A stretch of 64,000 bases of DNA, taken from Clostridiales bacterium DTU033 (GTDB lineage: Bacteria > Bacillota > Clostridia > Oscillospirales > Acutalibacteraceae). The notes beneath the pieces were generated by a model. It did not search any database. It was not told where the DNA came from and saw only the letters and a list, made by a program, of their open reading frames with translations. The DNA is taken from contig LFTH01000097.1 of assembly GCA_001513365.1 (NCBI GenBank), positions 7,742-71,741 on the forward strand. Reading direction: 5' to 3'. The position numbers were made by a program, and so were the translations under genes. Position 1 is the first letter of the stretch. Each line of letters opens with the position of its first letter. Positions 1 through 10,211 of the stretch are shown piece after piece.

Positions 1-8
1 TCAGAAGT

Positions 9-32
9 AAAGGGACATCAAGTCCCTTTTTT
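9..32 (+). terminator. intrinsic terminator of the off-window upstream gene
   Basis: 8-bp stem aaagggac (9-16) / gtcccttt (22-29) with a 5-nt loop, running into a T-tract. Confidence 0.6.
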
Positions 33-109
33 CTTTATTTTGCGAGGAATATGTGTTATACTTTATCTGAAAAGTTGGCGTAATCATATCTGATGAAGGA
101 AGGACCTTT

Positions 110-688
110 ATGAACCAAAACCGCCACGCTTTGGAAAACTGGGACGCCAAAGACAAAAAACTGGTTAAGGATATCTATGAATGGGTTGAAGCCGCTGTTT
201 TTTCACTGCTGTGCGTTTCGATTATCTTCACCTTTGCGTTCAGGATTGTCGGGGTGGACGGGGATTCGATGAACACGACCCTTTTTGACGGCGAACGTCT
301 GATAATCTCCCGTTTTTCCTACACCCCAAAACGCGGGGATATAGTGATAATCAACAGATACAGGCAGGCTCAGGAACCGCTTGTAAAACGGGTGATAGCC
401 GTGGCAGGGGACACCCTTGAAATAGACGAGGAAACTTACGCGGTAATAGTGAACGGAAAAAAGCTTGACGAGACTTACGCGATTGGCGTTACAATGCCGA
501 TAGAGTATTATAACGAGTATAAGGATAATCCCATTCCGGAAGGATATTTGTTTGTGATGGGAGATAACCGGGAAATGTCGAGGGACAGCCGGTATATGTC
601 GGAGATAGGTCTTATCAGGGAAGAGGATATAATAGGAAAAGCCCTGTTCAGGTTTTACCCTCTTAACCGGGTTGGAGGGTTGTACTGA
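110..688 (+). CDS. lepB: signal peptidase I
   Basis: 192 aa with an N-terminal TM segment. SPase I boxes GDSM, KRVIAVAGD and GDNREMSRDSR. GGAAGGA RBS before the ATG. Confidence 0.9.
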   Translation: MNQNRHALENWDAKDKKLVKDIYEWVEAAVFSLLCVSIIFTFAFRIVGVDGDSMNTTLFDGERLIISRFSYTPKRGDIVIINRYRQAQEPLVKRVIAVAGDTLEIDEETYAVIVNGKKLDETYAIGVTMPIEYYNEYKDNPIPEGYLFVMGDNREMSRDSRYMSEIGLIREEDIIGKALFRFYPLNRVGGLY

Positions 689-689
689 T

Positions 690-1316
690 ATGCTGTTTCA
701 AAGGGATAAACTGGCGCCATCGTATTTATTCCATCAGGCACAGGATTTCATGCGGCAGAAAAACCGGCAGCTTAAACCGCAGATAAAGACTCTGATGTGG
801 CGTGTAGTGGAAGGGATATACGAATGGGTCGGGGCCGCGCTTTATTCCCTAATCTGTGTGGTGCTCGCCTTTTTGTTCGTATTCAGGATTGTCGGGGTGG
901 AAGGAGATTCGATGAACCCGACTCTGTACGACAAGGAAAGGCTGATACTGCTGACATTCATGTATAAGCCCCAGCGCGGGGATATCGTGGTAATAGACCG
1001 CTATACGCAGGAACCGCTTGTCAAGCGGGTTATTGCGGTCGGCGGGGATGAAATTGCAATCCTGCCGCAGACCGGCGAGGTTGTGCTCAACGGGGTAGTC
1101 CTTGAGGAGGAATACACCCGCGGAAGAACTTTGGTACATGATTTCGGTACCGAGGCCAAGAGAGTGCCTGATGGCTATCTTGTGGTGATGGGCGACAACC
1201 GCGAGAACTCCAGAGACAGCCGTTCGACCGAAATCGGATTTGTAAATGAAAAAGATGTGGTCGGGAAAGCCATTTTCCGTTTTTATCCGTTTAATCGGAT
1301 GAATTGGCTGGAATAG
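690..1316 (+). CDS. lepB: signal peptidase I, second tandem paralog
   Basis: Boxes GDSMNPTL, KRVIAVGGD and GDNRENSRDSR. ATG 690 lies 2 nt after the first copy's stop, with GGAGGG 10 nt upstream. The ORF track opens at TTG 672. Confidence 0.88.
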   Translation: MLFQRDKLAPSYLFHQAQDFMRQKNRQLKPQIKTLMWRVVEGIYEWVGAALYSLICVVLAFLFVFRIVGVEGDSMNPTLYDKERLILLTFMYKPQRGDIVVIDRYTQEPLVKRVIAVGGDEIAILPQTGEVVLNGVVLEEEYTRGRTLVHDFGTEAKRVPDGYLVVMGDNRENSRDSRSTEIGFVNEKDVVGKAIFRFYPFNRMNWLE

Positions 1317-1336
1317 CCCGGATTTGGCAGAAAGGC

Positions 1337-2194
1337 ATGATAAAATTGAGCAATATCCAGTGGTATCCCGGACATATGGCAAAGACAAAGCGCAGGATAA
1401 AAGAATGCCTGCCGCTGGTGGATTTGATTGTCGAGATTTTAGACGCGAGGATACCGGCGAGCAGCAAAAACCCCGACCTCGATAAGCTGGTTATTGGCAA
1501 ACCCAGAATTGCGCTGTTAAACAAATCGGATATTGCCGATAAAACGGTTACAGATTTATGGGTTCGCCATTTCGCCGGGCAGGGTGTACCTTCGCTGCCT
1601 GTCGACTGCAAGAGCGGGCAGGGTTTGAACAGGTTTACGCCTTTAGTGCGTGAGGTTTTGGCAGACCAAATTGCCCGATGGAAGCAACGGGGAATGGTAA
1701 ACCGCCCTGTTAGAATGATGGTCGCGGGCATCCCGAATTCCGGCAAATCCTCGTTTATAAACCGGTTGGCGCGCAGCAAAAAGGCAAAGGTTGAAGACCG
1801 GCCGGGCGTTACCCGCGGCAATCAGTGGTTTGTAACCGGCGACGGACTGCTACTGCTGGATACTCCCGGTGTGCTTTGGCCAAAATTTGACGAGGAAAAA
1901 GTCGCGCTGCACCTGGCGATTACCGGCGCCATCCGCGACGAGGTTCTGAATATCGAGGAAATCGCCCGCGAGCTGTTAAACCTGCTGATACAGGATTACA
2001 GGGATTTGCTGTTTGAGCGGTACAAGCTGCCGGCTGATTATCACGGGGACTGCTGGGAGACGTTAAACCTGATTGGAAGAAAGCGCGGAATGCTGCTGCC
2101 TGGCAATCAGGTGGACACCGAACGGGCGGCCGTCATGCTGGTTGACGAGTTCCGCGCAGGCAAAATCGGCAGGATATCCCTTGAAAAACCGTGA
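1337..2194 (+). CDS. rbgA: ribosome biogenesis GTPase A (YlqF/RbgA)
   Basis: IQWYPGHMAKT N-terminus. Circularly permuted G-motif order NKSD ... GIPNSGKSS ... DTPG. Start taken at ATG 1337; the ORF opens at TTG 1304. Confidence 0.88.
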   Translation: MIKLSNIQWYPGHMAKTKRRIKECLPLVDLIVEILDARIPASSKNPDLDKLVIGKPRIALLNKSDIADKTVTDLWVRHFAGQGVPSLPVDCKSGQGLNRFTPLVREVLADQIARWKQRGMVNRPVRMMVAGIPNSGKSSFINRLARSKKAKVEDRPGVTRGNQWFVTGDGLLLLDTPGVLWPKFDEEKVALHLAITGAIRDEVLNIEEIARELLNLLIQDYRDLLFERYKLPADYHGDCWETLNLIGRKRGMLLPGNQVDTERAAVMLVDEFRAGKIGRISLEKP

Positions 2195-2215
2195 GCTAGA
2201 GAGTGAGCGCGTAAA

Positions 2216-2818
2216 ATGGCAATCTATCTGTTTGACAGCCAGTATTACAACAAAGGCTATAAGGTGATATGCGGTATTGACGAGGCTGGCAGGGGGCCGC
2301 TGGCGGGGCCAGTATTTGCCGCGGCGGTGATTTTGGATTTAAATAAGGAAATAGAGGGGCTTAACGACTCCAAAAAGCTCACCGAACAAAAAAGAGAGCG
2401 GTTGTTCGGGCTGATAACTGAAAACTCGCTCGCCTATTCGATTGCGCACGCTACCGTTGAAGAAATCGAGGAATACAATATTCTGCAGGCGACAATGCTC
2501 GCTATGCGGCGGGCTGTGGAACAGCTTCCAATCAAGCCGGATATTATCCTTGTGGACGGCAACCGTGTTCCCTCAAGCCTGCCGGTGCCGGCATATTCCG
2601 TTGTAAAGGGAGACAGCTTGTCGGCTTCAATCGCCGCGGCTTCAATCCTTGCAAAGGTAAGCCGGGACAGGTACATGCGGGAAATGGATTTAAAATACCC
2701 CTGCTACCAGTTTTCAAAGCATAAGGGCTACGGCACCGCTTTACATATACAGCTGATACGGCAGTACGGCTGTTCGTCCATACACCGCCGCAGTTTTCTC
2801 ACCAAAATTATTGAATGA
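2216..2818 (+). CDS. rnhB: ribonuclease HII
   Basis: GIDEAGRGPLAGPV and DSKKL motifs, 200 aa, conserved position after rbgA. Confidence 0.92.
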   Translation: MAIYLFDSQYYNKGYKVICGIDEAGRGPLAGPVFAAAVILDLNKEIEGLNDSKKLTEQKRERLFGLITENSLAYSIAHATVEEIEEYNILQATMLAMRRAVEQLPIKPDIILVDGNRVPSSLPVPAYSVVKGDSLSASIAAASILAKVSRDRYMREMDLKYPCYQFSKHKGYGTALHIQLIRQYGCSSIHRRSFLTKIIE

Positions 2819-2833
2819 TAATGAGGGAAGAAT

Positions 2834-3220
2834 ATGGCTGTTGTTTCAAAAGGAGCAGCGGGGGAGGTACTGGCGGCCCGTTTTCTAAGGGAAAAGGGAT
2901 ATAGAATTTTATCTGCGAATTACAGGTGCAGGTTTGGGGAAATTGACATAATCGCCGTCAAAGAGCCGTATATTGCTTTTATAGAGGTTAAAACATGGGG
3001 CGAGGGCTCGATGTATTTGCCACGAGAAGCGGTTACCCTTGACAAGCAGCGCCGCATTGTCAAGACCGCGATGCTTTTTATCAGGAACAACAGCATTCAA
3101 CTGCAGCCGCGCTTTGATGTGATTGAGATTATTACAAGCAGGGATAACCCGATGGAGATTACCGAAATCGACCATATTCAGGGCGCGTTCGATTCGGAGG
3201 ATTTGCATGCGGCTTTTTGA
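2834..3220 (+). CDS. YraN-family (UPF0102) endonuclease-like protein
   Basis: 128 aa with GEIDIIA ... AFIEVKT core. Typical neighbour of rnhB. Confidence 0.82.
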   Translation: MAVVSKGAAGEVLAARFLREKGYRILSANYRCRFGEIDIIAVKEPYIAFIEVKTWGEGSMYLPREAVTLDKQRRIVKTAMLFIRNNSIQLQPRFDVIEIITSRDNPMEITEIDHIQGAFDSEDLHAAF

Positions 3221-4121
3221 TTTGCACTGCGACACTTTATATGAATGTGCAGACAAGGGTCAGTCTTTGGACAGCAACGACCTTCATATAGATTTGGCGC
3301 GCGGGCTTAAATTCGACTGCTGGGCGCAGGTTTTTGCCGTGTGGGTGCCTGACTCGGTCAGGGGCGAAAAGGCAAAGCGGCAGTGCGTCAGGTTGTTAAA
3401 AATGGCGCATGAAGAAGATAAAAGCAACTGCAGCTTTCATATAGTAAAAAGCAAAAGCGATTTTGATATTGCGTTTAATAACCGCCGTTGCGCGGCTATC
3501 CTCGCGGTAGAGGGGGGAGCAGCCCTTGCGGGCAGCCTTGAAACCCTTGATTTGCTTAACGAGTTCCATGTCAAGGTAATTACCTTGACATGGAACGGCT
3601 CTAACGAGCTTGGGCACGGTTGCATGTCGGACTGCGGCGACGGCCTGACGCCGTTTGGGAAAGAAGCCGTCGCCAAAATGGAAAAGCTGGGTATTGTACC
3701 GGACGTATCACACCTGAATCAGACCGGTTTTTGGGACGTGATTGAAGAAACCCGCGGCTCCGTTATCGCAAGCCACACCGCGTCAAATTCGGTTTACAGC
3801 CACTGCCGCAACCTCACAGACAGCCAGTTTGAGGCAGTCAGGGATAAGGGCGGGCTGGTAGGGCTCACCCTTTGCGGGGAACACATCGGAGGACAGGATT
3901 TCGAGGCTCTGGAAAGGCATTTGTACCACTTCCTTTCACTGGACGGGGAAAAAACAGTGGCGTTCGGCTGCGATTTTGACGGATTCGACTTGCCCGGCAA
4001 ATGGGGCGGCATTCAGGTAATGGATGAAATATACCAATACCTGCAGAGAAAAAACTACGATAATTCCCTGCTTTTTCGGCTTTTTTTCGGTAATTGCTAC
4101 GATTTTTTCACATCCGTTTAA
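3207..4121 (+). CDS. membrane-dipeptidase family (M19) dipeptidase
   Basis: Begins MRLFDLHCDT (HxD metal motif) at ATG 3207. The ORF track opens at 3123, overlapping yraN. Confidence 0.78.
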   Translation: MRLFDLHCDTLYECADKGQSLDSNDLHIDLARGLKFDCWAQVFAVWVPDSVRGEKAKRQCVRLLKMAHEEDKSNCSFHIVKSKSDFDIAFNNRRCAAILAVEGGAALAGSLETLDLLNEFHVKVITLTWNGSNELGHGCMSDCGDGLTPFGKEAVAKMEKLGIVPDVSHLNQTGFWDVIEETRGSVIASHTASNSVYSHCRNLTDSQFEAVRDKGGLVGLTLCGEHIGGQDFEALERHLYHFLSLDGEKTVAFGCDFDGFDLPGKWGGIQVMDEIYQYLQRKNYDNSLLFRLFFGNCYDFFTSV

Positions 4122-4208
4122 TAATGGCTTTACTATGAGTTAAGCATATTATAGTATAGTAATAAAGTATGATTTGGCTTATTTACGGAATGGAAGTGCG
4201 GTTTTTCT

Positions 4209-5705
4209 ATGATGTATAACAGCACGCGCGACAACAGCGTACGGGTTACCTCATCGCAGGCGATAATACAGGGGATTTCAAAAGACGGCGGGCTGTTCGT
4301 CCCGCAGAAATTCCCCGCGCTTGGGATTGAGGAAATATTAGCTTTGCTGCCTTTGAGCTATGCCGAGCGCGCCGTTTTTGTGATGGCAAAATACCTGCCT
4401 GATTTCACGTATGAGGAAGTGCTGGAGTGCTCGCGGCTTGCCTATAACACCGGCCGTTTCCGTTCAGCCGATATTGCTCCGCTTTATCGGATGGACAGCG
4501 GGATAAACCTGCTTGAATTGTGGCACGGCCCCACCTGCGCCTTTAAGGATGTCGCGCTGCAGATACTGCCCCACCTGATGAGGGTATCGGCAAAGCGGAC
4601 GGCCGAGGGCAGGGAAATCATAATTCTGGTTGCGACTTCGGGGGACACCGGGAAAGCCGCGCTTGAAGGCTTCCGGGGCGCCGATAACACGAGGATACTG
4701 GTCTTTTACCCCGAAGACGGGGTCAGCCCGATGCAGAAACTGCAGATGGTTACGCAGGAAGGCGAAAACGTCGCCGTCTGCGGTATCAGCGGCAATTTTG
4801 ACGACGCGCAGACAGGGGTAAAATCTATTTTTACGGACCCCAAAGTGATAGAGCGGCTTAAATCCAACAACATGATTTTCTCCAGCGCAAATTCTATAAA
4901 CTGGGGAAGGCTGCTGCCTCAAATCGTGTACTACATTTCGGCGTACTGCGATTTGGCCGCGTCAGGCGCAATAAAGCTGGGGGACAGGGTGAATATCGCG
5001 GTCCCGACCGGGAATTTCGGCAACATTCTCGCGGCTTATTATGCGAGGAAGATGGGCCTGCCGGTTTCGCGACTGATTTGCGCGTCCAACAAAAACAAGG
5101 TACTCACCGATTTCATCAATACCGGGGTTTACGATAAAAACCGCGAATTTTACCTCACCACCTCCCCCTCAATGGACATTCTGATTTCGTCTAACCTTGA
5201 ACGTCTGCTGTATGACCTTTCGGGCTGCGATGTCGGCGAGATAAACCGCCTGATGGGGGATTTGAAAGCAAGAGGGGAGTACCGGGTATCGGCTTCCATG
5301 GCAGAAAAGATAAAATCGGTTTTCCACGCGGGCTGGTGCGATGATTTGCAGACCGCAAAAACCATCAAGGATATTTACGACAGCTATGATTATTTAATCG
5401 ACACCCATACCGCGGTCGCGGTACAGGTGTATTTTGACTACAAGCGTCAGACCGGCGACGCCACCCCCGCAATCATCGCTTCGACTGCCAATCCCTATAA
5501 GTTTTCAGCAAGTGTGCTTAAGGCTTTAACCGGGGACGCCGGCGGTTTGGACGAGTTTGAGAAAATGGACAAGCTGTACCGGATAACGGGATTTGAAATT
5601 CCGGAGCCGCTGCTGTCGGTGCGCGGCAAAAGCAAGAGATTTGAGTATGTATGCAAACCCTCCGACATGGAGCAGGCGGTGTATAACCTGCTCCATATCG
5701 AATGA
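4209..5705 (+). CDS. thrC: threonine synthase (long form)
   Basis: 498 aa. PLP-lysine context TCAFKDVALQ, plus SGDTGKAA. Confidence 0.9.
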   Translation: MMYNSTRDNSVRVTSSQAIIQGISKDGGLFVPQKFPALGIEEILALLPLSYAERAVFVMAKYLPDFTYEEVLECSRLAYNTGRFRSADIAPLYRMDSGINLLELWHGPTCAFKDVALQILPHLMRVSAKRTAEGREIIILVATSGDTGKAALEGFRGADNTRILVFYPEDGVSPMQKLQMVTQEGENVAVCGISGNFDDAQTGVKSIFTDPKVIERLKSNNMIFSSANSINWGRLLPQIVYYISAYCDLAASGAIKLGDRVNIAVPTGNFGNILAAYYARKMGLPVSRLICASNKNKVLTDFINTGVYDKNREFYLTTSPSMDILISSNLERLLYDLSGCDVGEINRLMGDLKARGEYRVSASMAEKIKSVFHAGWCDDLQTAKTIKDIYDSYDYLIDTHTAVAVQVYFDYKRQTGDATPAIIASTANPYKFSASVLKALTGDAGGLDEFEKMDKLYRITGFEIPEPLLSVRGKSKRFEYVCKPSDMEQAVYNLLHIE

Positions 5706-5711
5706 ACGCTG

Positions 5712-5894
5712 TTATTTGGACTCTGGCTTGAAGGTGTCGCACAAAGTATCGTAACTGCTTATCGCATGGGACGGGCCGACTCTTATCCTTCCAGCTGTGC
5801 AGATATCCTCGCCTTTGTGGTATACGCAGTTTTTTACATCGCAGTAAACGGTCGGGGTTTCAAATTCGTTTTGGTTATCTTTGAAGATGCTCAT
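5712..5894 (-). CDS. DUF1540-like small Cys-rich protein
   Basis: 60 aa with CDVKNCVYH ... CTAGRIRV pattern. Stop lies 6 nt from the thrC stop. Confidence 0.65.
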   Translation of the reverse strand: MSIFKDNQNEFETPTVYCDVKNCVYHKGEDICTAGRIRVGPSHAISSYDTLCDTFKPESK

Positions 5895-5999
5895 TCAACA
5901 TCACCCTTTCTGGCAAAGCCTTAATCCGGTTATAGTATCTGCTAAACGTGCGGATTAATTCAAGCGACAACAGCAATATTTGTAATTGAGGAGTAAGTC

Positions 6000-6686
6000 A
6001 TGTCTTTGTTTGCGATTGCCGACCTGCACCTGCCGCTTGGGCAATACAAGCCGATGGACGAGTTTGAAGGCTGGGAAAACTACGTCAGCAAAATCAAAAA
6101 CAATTGGCGCAGGTTGGTTACCGACGGCGACACGGTGGTTATTGCCGGGGACATCTCTTGGGCGATGAGACTTGAAGAAGCCAAAAAAGACTTTGAGTTT
6201 TTACAAAAGCTGCCGGGCAGGAAACTGCTGATTAAAGGCAACCACGATTATTGGTGGGCAACCCGCCGTAAAATGGAGAAGTTTTTTGAGGACTGCGGAT
6301 TTGACACACTCTCGATAATCCACAACAGCGCAGAAGCAGTTGGGGATTTCGTCGTTTGCGGAACGCGCGGCTGGTTTTTTGACGCCGACGAAGACGCGGA
6401 TAAAAAAGTGCTTTTGCGGGAAGTAGGAAGGCTTGAGCGTTCGATACAGGAGGCTCTCAAAACCGGCAAAGAGCCGGTCGTATTCCTGCACTACCCGCCG
6501 GTGCTTGGTGAATCCAGGTGCGAAGAGTTATTGGCGGTGCTTTCGCGGTATAAAATCCGCCGCTGTTACTGCGGCCATATTCACGGCGCCGTAGCGCGCA
6601 AAATCCCGGTGCAGACGGTCAACGGGACCGTTATCAGGCTGGTTTCATGTGACGCCGTCAATTTTACCCCGGTTTTGGTGCGATAA
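6000..6686 (+). CDS. metallophosphoesterase
   Basis: Calcineurin-like motifs DLH, GDISW, GNHDYWW and CGHIHG. Confidence 0.8.
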   Translation: MSLFAIADLHLPLGQYKPMDEFEGWENYVSKIKNNWRRLVTDGDTVVIAGDISWAMRLEEAKKDFEFLQKLPGRKLLIKGNHDYWWATRRKMEKFFEDCGFDTLSIIHNSAEAVGDFVVCGTRGWFFDADEDADKKVLLREVGRLERSIQEALKTGKEPVVFLHYPPVLGESRCEELLAVLSRYKIRRCYCGHIHGAVARKIPVQTVNGTVIRLVSCDAVNFTPVLVR

Positions 6687-6788
6687 ACCGGGAATTTGAA
6701 AAATTTTTTCCTAAAAATATAGCGCAAATCATTGCGATATGATATAATTTTACTCATTGCGTTACAGTGTTACAGGAGGAAATAAATT

Positions 6789-8072
6789 ATGGGACTGAAA
6801 AACGTATCAAAGATTGATACAAACCGTGTCGAACTTGAGGTGGAAGTTGGCGCCGAGCCTTTTGAGGAGGCTGTCAAAAGGGCATATAAGAGGAATGTTG
6901 GCAGGTTCACAATTCCGGGGTTCCGCAAGGGAAAGGCGCCAAGACAGCTGATTGAAAAAATGTATGGCCCGGAAATATTCTATGAAGACGCGATTGACGA
7001 TGTTTATCCCTCGGCGCTCAGCGAGGCGATTGAGGAATCGGGATATGAATATGTCGAGGACAAAATCGATTTTGACATTGTTTCGGTCGGGAAGGAAGGC
7101 CTGATATTCAAGGCTGCAATCACCGTAAAACCCGAAGTCGAAATCGGCAGTTATAAAGGTCTGAAAGCTGAAAAGAAAATCAAGCCAGTAACCGACGAAG
7201 ATGTGGACGCCGAAATCAAAAAGCTGCAGCAGCGCGGTTCCCGCCTGCTGACTGTGGAAGACAGACCGGTTGAGAATGACGACATAGTCAACCTTGATTT
7301 TGAAGGGTTTGTGGACGGTCAGCCGTTCGAAGGCGGCAAGGCTGAAGGCTTTACACTTAAAATCGGCTCCAACCATTTCATACCCGGTTTTGAGGAACAG
7401 CTGATAGGCAAAAACAAAGGGGAAGAATTTGAAGTCAACGTAACTTTCCCCGACGACTATCACGAAGACAGTCTAAAGGGTAAGCCTGCGGTATTTAAAT
7501 GCAAAATCAATGAAATAAGAATGACCGAGCTACCCGAAGTCAACGACGAGTTCGCCAAGGATGTCAGCGAATTTGATACCCTTGAGGAGCTGAAAGCCGA
7601 CATCAGGGCAAAGCTGGAGCACCAAAGAGAGCACGAGGCTGAGGACGCCTTTGAAACCCAGCTGCTCGACCAGCTTGCCGAGGGTGTGAAAGGCGAAATC
7701 CCGCAGGCGATGTTTGAAAACAGGATTGACGAAAGTGTCCGCGGGTTTGAGCAAAGATTGCGTGCACAAGGGCTCAACCTTGAGTCATATCTTGATTATA
7801 CGGGAACGGATATGGAAAGCTTCAGAAACTCCTTCCGCGAGCAGGCTGAAAAGCAGGTAAAGGTGCGGCTGGCGCTTGAAAAGATTGTAAAACTCGAAAG
7901 TATTGATGTTTCAGGCGAGGAACTCGAAGCCGAATATTCAAAATATGCCGAACTCTACAAAACCGATGTTGAAAAAGTCAAAATGATGATTTTCGAAAAA
8001 GAGCTTTCAAAGGATTTGGCAGTCAACAAAGCGTTTGAACTGATAAAGGAAAACGCAAAAGTTTCCGCATGA
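6789..8072 (+). CDS. tig: trigger factor
   Basis: 427 aa with GFRKGKAPR ribosome-binding signature and a central FKBP-type domain. Lies upstream of clpP-clpX. Confidence 0.95.
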   Translation: MGLKNVSKIDTNRVELEVEVGAEPFEEAVKRAYKRNVGRFTIPGFRKGKAPRQLIEKMYGPEIFYEDAIDDVYPSALSEAIEESGYEYVEDKIDFDIVSVGKEGLIFKAAITVKPEVEIGSYKGLKAEKKIKPVTDEDVDAEIKKLQQRGSRLLTVEDRPVENDDIVNLDFEGFVDGQPFEGGKAEGFTLKIGSNHFIPGFEEQLIGKNKGEEFEVNVTFPDDYHEDSLKGKPAVFKCKINEIRMTELPEVNDEFAKDVSEFDTLEELKADIRAKLEHQREHEAEDAFETQLLDQLAEGVKGEIPQAMFENRIDESVRGFEQRLRAQGLNLESYLDYTGTDMESFRNSFREQAEKQVKVRLALEKIVKLESIDVSGEELEAEYSKYAELYKTDVEKVKMMIFEKELSKDLAVNKAFELIKENAKVSA

Positions 8073-8173
8073 CCAGAAAACGGCATTAAATAATCATTTT
8101 TGCCGTATACTTGTGTCAATACTGCTAAGGCTTTATTAACAATAGAAACTTATGGAAAGGTTGAGTGATTATT

Positions 8174-8761
8174 ATGAGCAGTTTGGTGCCGTTTGTTATT
8201 GAGCAGACAGGCCGCGGAGAGCGCAGCTATGATATTTTCTCCCGCCTTCTCAACGACCGGATTGTAATCCTGTCCGGCGAAATAAATGACGCCGTTGCGT
8301 CGTTAGTTGTGGCACAGCTTATATATCTGGAAGGCCAGGACCCCGACAAAGACATAGACTTATATATCAACAGCCCCGGCGGTTCTATTTCCGCGGGTAT
8401 GGCGATTTATGACACCATGCAGTTTATTAAATGCGATATATCCACTATTTGTGTCGGAATGGCGGCAAGCATGGGAGCATTTTTACTTGCCGCAGGCACA
8501 AAGGGCAAGCGCAAGGCCCTTCCAAACAGCGAAATCATGATACACCAGCCCTCCGGCGGTTCACATGGCCAGGCCAGCGATATCAAGATACAGGCCGACC
8601 GAATCCTGTATATCCGCGGCAGAATGAACAAGCTGTTGGCCGAAATGACCGGCCAGTCAATCGAAGTGATTGAACGCGATACCGACCGTGATAATTTCAT
8701 GACCGCCGAGCATGCTAAGGAATACGGAATAATCGACCAAATTATCGCCAAGCGCAAATAA
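8174..8761 (+). CDS. clpP: ATP-dependent Clp protease proteolytic subunit
   Basis: [27 protein letters not shown] (Ser) and MIHQP (His). ATG 8174 preferred over GTG 8165. Confidence 0.95.
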   Translation: MSSLVPFVIEQTGRGERSYDIFSRLLNDRIVILSGEINDAVASLVVAQLIYLEGQDPDKDIDLYINSPGGSISAGMAIYDTMQFIKCDISTICVGMAASMGAFLLAAGTKGKRKALPNSEIMIHQPSGGSHGQASDIKIQADRILYIRGRMNKLLAEMTGQSIEVIERDTDRDNFMTAEHAKEYGIIDQIIAKRK

Positions 8762-8785
8762 TTATCTATCAGAGGAGAGCGGATA

Positions 8786-10093
8786 ATGCCAAAACATGAA
8801 GACACACGGATGATAAGCTGTTCGTTTTGCGGTAAAAACCAGAATGAAGTTCAGCGCCTTATCGCGGGTCAGGGCGTTTACATCTGCAATGAGTGCGTGG
8901 AGCTTTGCCAATCCATACTTGAAGATGGCGGGCTGCTGACCAAAAGGCGTAGCCTTTCGAGCAGCATACCTTCTACTCTGCCGACACCAAAGGAAATCAA
9001 AAAGGGGCTTGACGATTACGTAATCGGGCAGGATGAAGCAAAAGTCGCGCTGTCCGTCGCGGTTTACAACCATTATAAGCGAATATATTTCGGCACAGGC
9101 TCCGATGTTGAAATAGGCAAAAGCAATGTGCTGCTTTTGGGACCCACCGGCGTGGGCAAAACCGCATTGGCGCAAACCCTTGCAAAAATATTGGACGTTC
9201 CGTTCGCAATCGCGGACGCGACCACATTAACCGAGGCCGGCTATGTCGGCGAAGATGTCGAAAACATCCTGCTCAGGTTAATTCAGGCCGCTGATTATGA
9301 TATCGAAAGGGCTGAACGCGGTATTATTTATGTCGATGAAATCGACAAGATTTCACGCCGCAGCGAAAACCCCTCGATTACCCGCGATGTGAGTGGCGAA
9401 GGTGTACAGCAGGCTCTCCTTAAAATAATCGAAGGCACAATTTCAAACGTCCCTCCGTCCGGAGGCCGCAAGCACCCGCAGCAGGAATTCATTCAGATTG
9501 ATACCGCAAACATACTGTTTATCTGCGGCGGAGCGTTTGACGGGATTGAGAAAATAATTGAACGCAGGATTTCATCCGGCTCCATGGGGTTTGGAAATGA
9601 GGTTCGCTCAAAAAAAGACCTTCAGCGCGAAAAGCTGTTAAGAAAGCTGGTCCCTCAGGATTTGATAAAGTACGGGCTTATTCCCGAACTGGTCGGGCGC
9701 CTGCCCGTTGTGGCCGCGCTTGACCCGCTTGACGAGTCAGTGCTGGCGCGGATTCTCACCGAACCCAAAAATGCGCTGGTTAAACAGTACAAGCAGTTGT
9801 TTGCGCTCGACAATGTCGAGCTGGAATTCACCGACGAGGCATTGTCCGCAATCGCTGAAAAGACGTCTGAGCTCAACACGGGCGCGCGCGGACTTAGGGC
9901 GGTTATGGAGGAGCTTTTGACAAACCTGATGTTTGAGGCTCCTTCGGATTACAAGATTGAAAAGATTGTCATCAACAAAGATTATGTCGAGAATAACGGC
10001 AAGCCTGAAATTGTCAAGAATCCGAACCGCAAGCCGGTCAGGCCGAAGGTGCCGTCCAAGGGTCGCAACGCCAGACGTCAGGTAACTGCTTAG
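8786..10093 (+). CDS. clpX: ATP-dependent Clp protease ATP-binding subunit ClpX
   Basis: N-terminal zinc finger CSFCGK...CNEC, Walker A GPTGVGKT, and DEIDKI. Confidence 0.96.
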   Translation: MPKHEDTRMISCSFCGKNQNEVQRLIAGQGVYICNECVELCQSILEDGGLLTKRRSLSSSIPSTLPTPKEIKKGLDDYVIGQDEAKVALSVAVYNHYKRIYFGTGSDVEIGKSNVLLLGPTGVGKTALAQTLAKILDVPFAIADATTLTEAGYVGEDVENILLRLIQAADYDIERAERGIIYVDEIDKISRRSENPSITRDVSGEGVQQALLKIIEGTISNVPPSGGRKHPQQEFIQIDTANILFICGGAFDGIEKIIERRISSGSMGFGNEVRSKKDLQREKLLRKLVPQDLIKYGLIPELVGRLPVVAALDPLDESVLARILTEPKNALVKQYKQLFALDNVELEFTDEALSAIAEKTSELNTGARGLRAVMEELLTNLMFEAPSDYKIEKIVINKDYVENNGKPEIVKNPNRKPVRPKVPSKGRNARRQVTA

Positions 10094-10211
10094 AATTCGA
10101 GATATTGCATTTTCCCGCGGGTCAGATGATGAATGCTGCGCAGGTTTTTGAGCGGCATTTACGTTTGACCCTTTCTCGACTGAAGGATAACTTGAAAGGA
10201 ATGAAAGGGAA

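Noticed and set aside
8073-8173. CtsR operator or CIRCE element upstream of clpP, and likewise upstream of lon (10094-10211)
   Set aside because: No GGTCAAA direct repeat or TTAGCACTC-N9-GAGTGCTAA inverted repeat is present.
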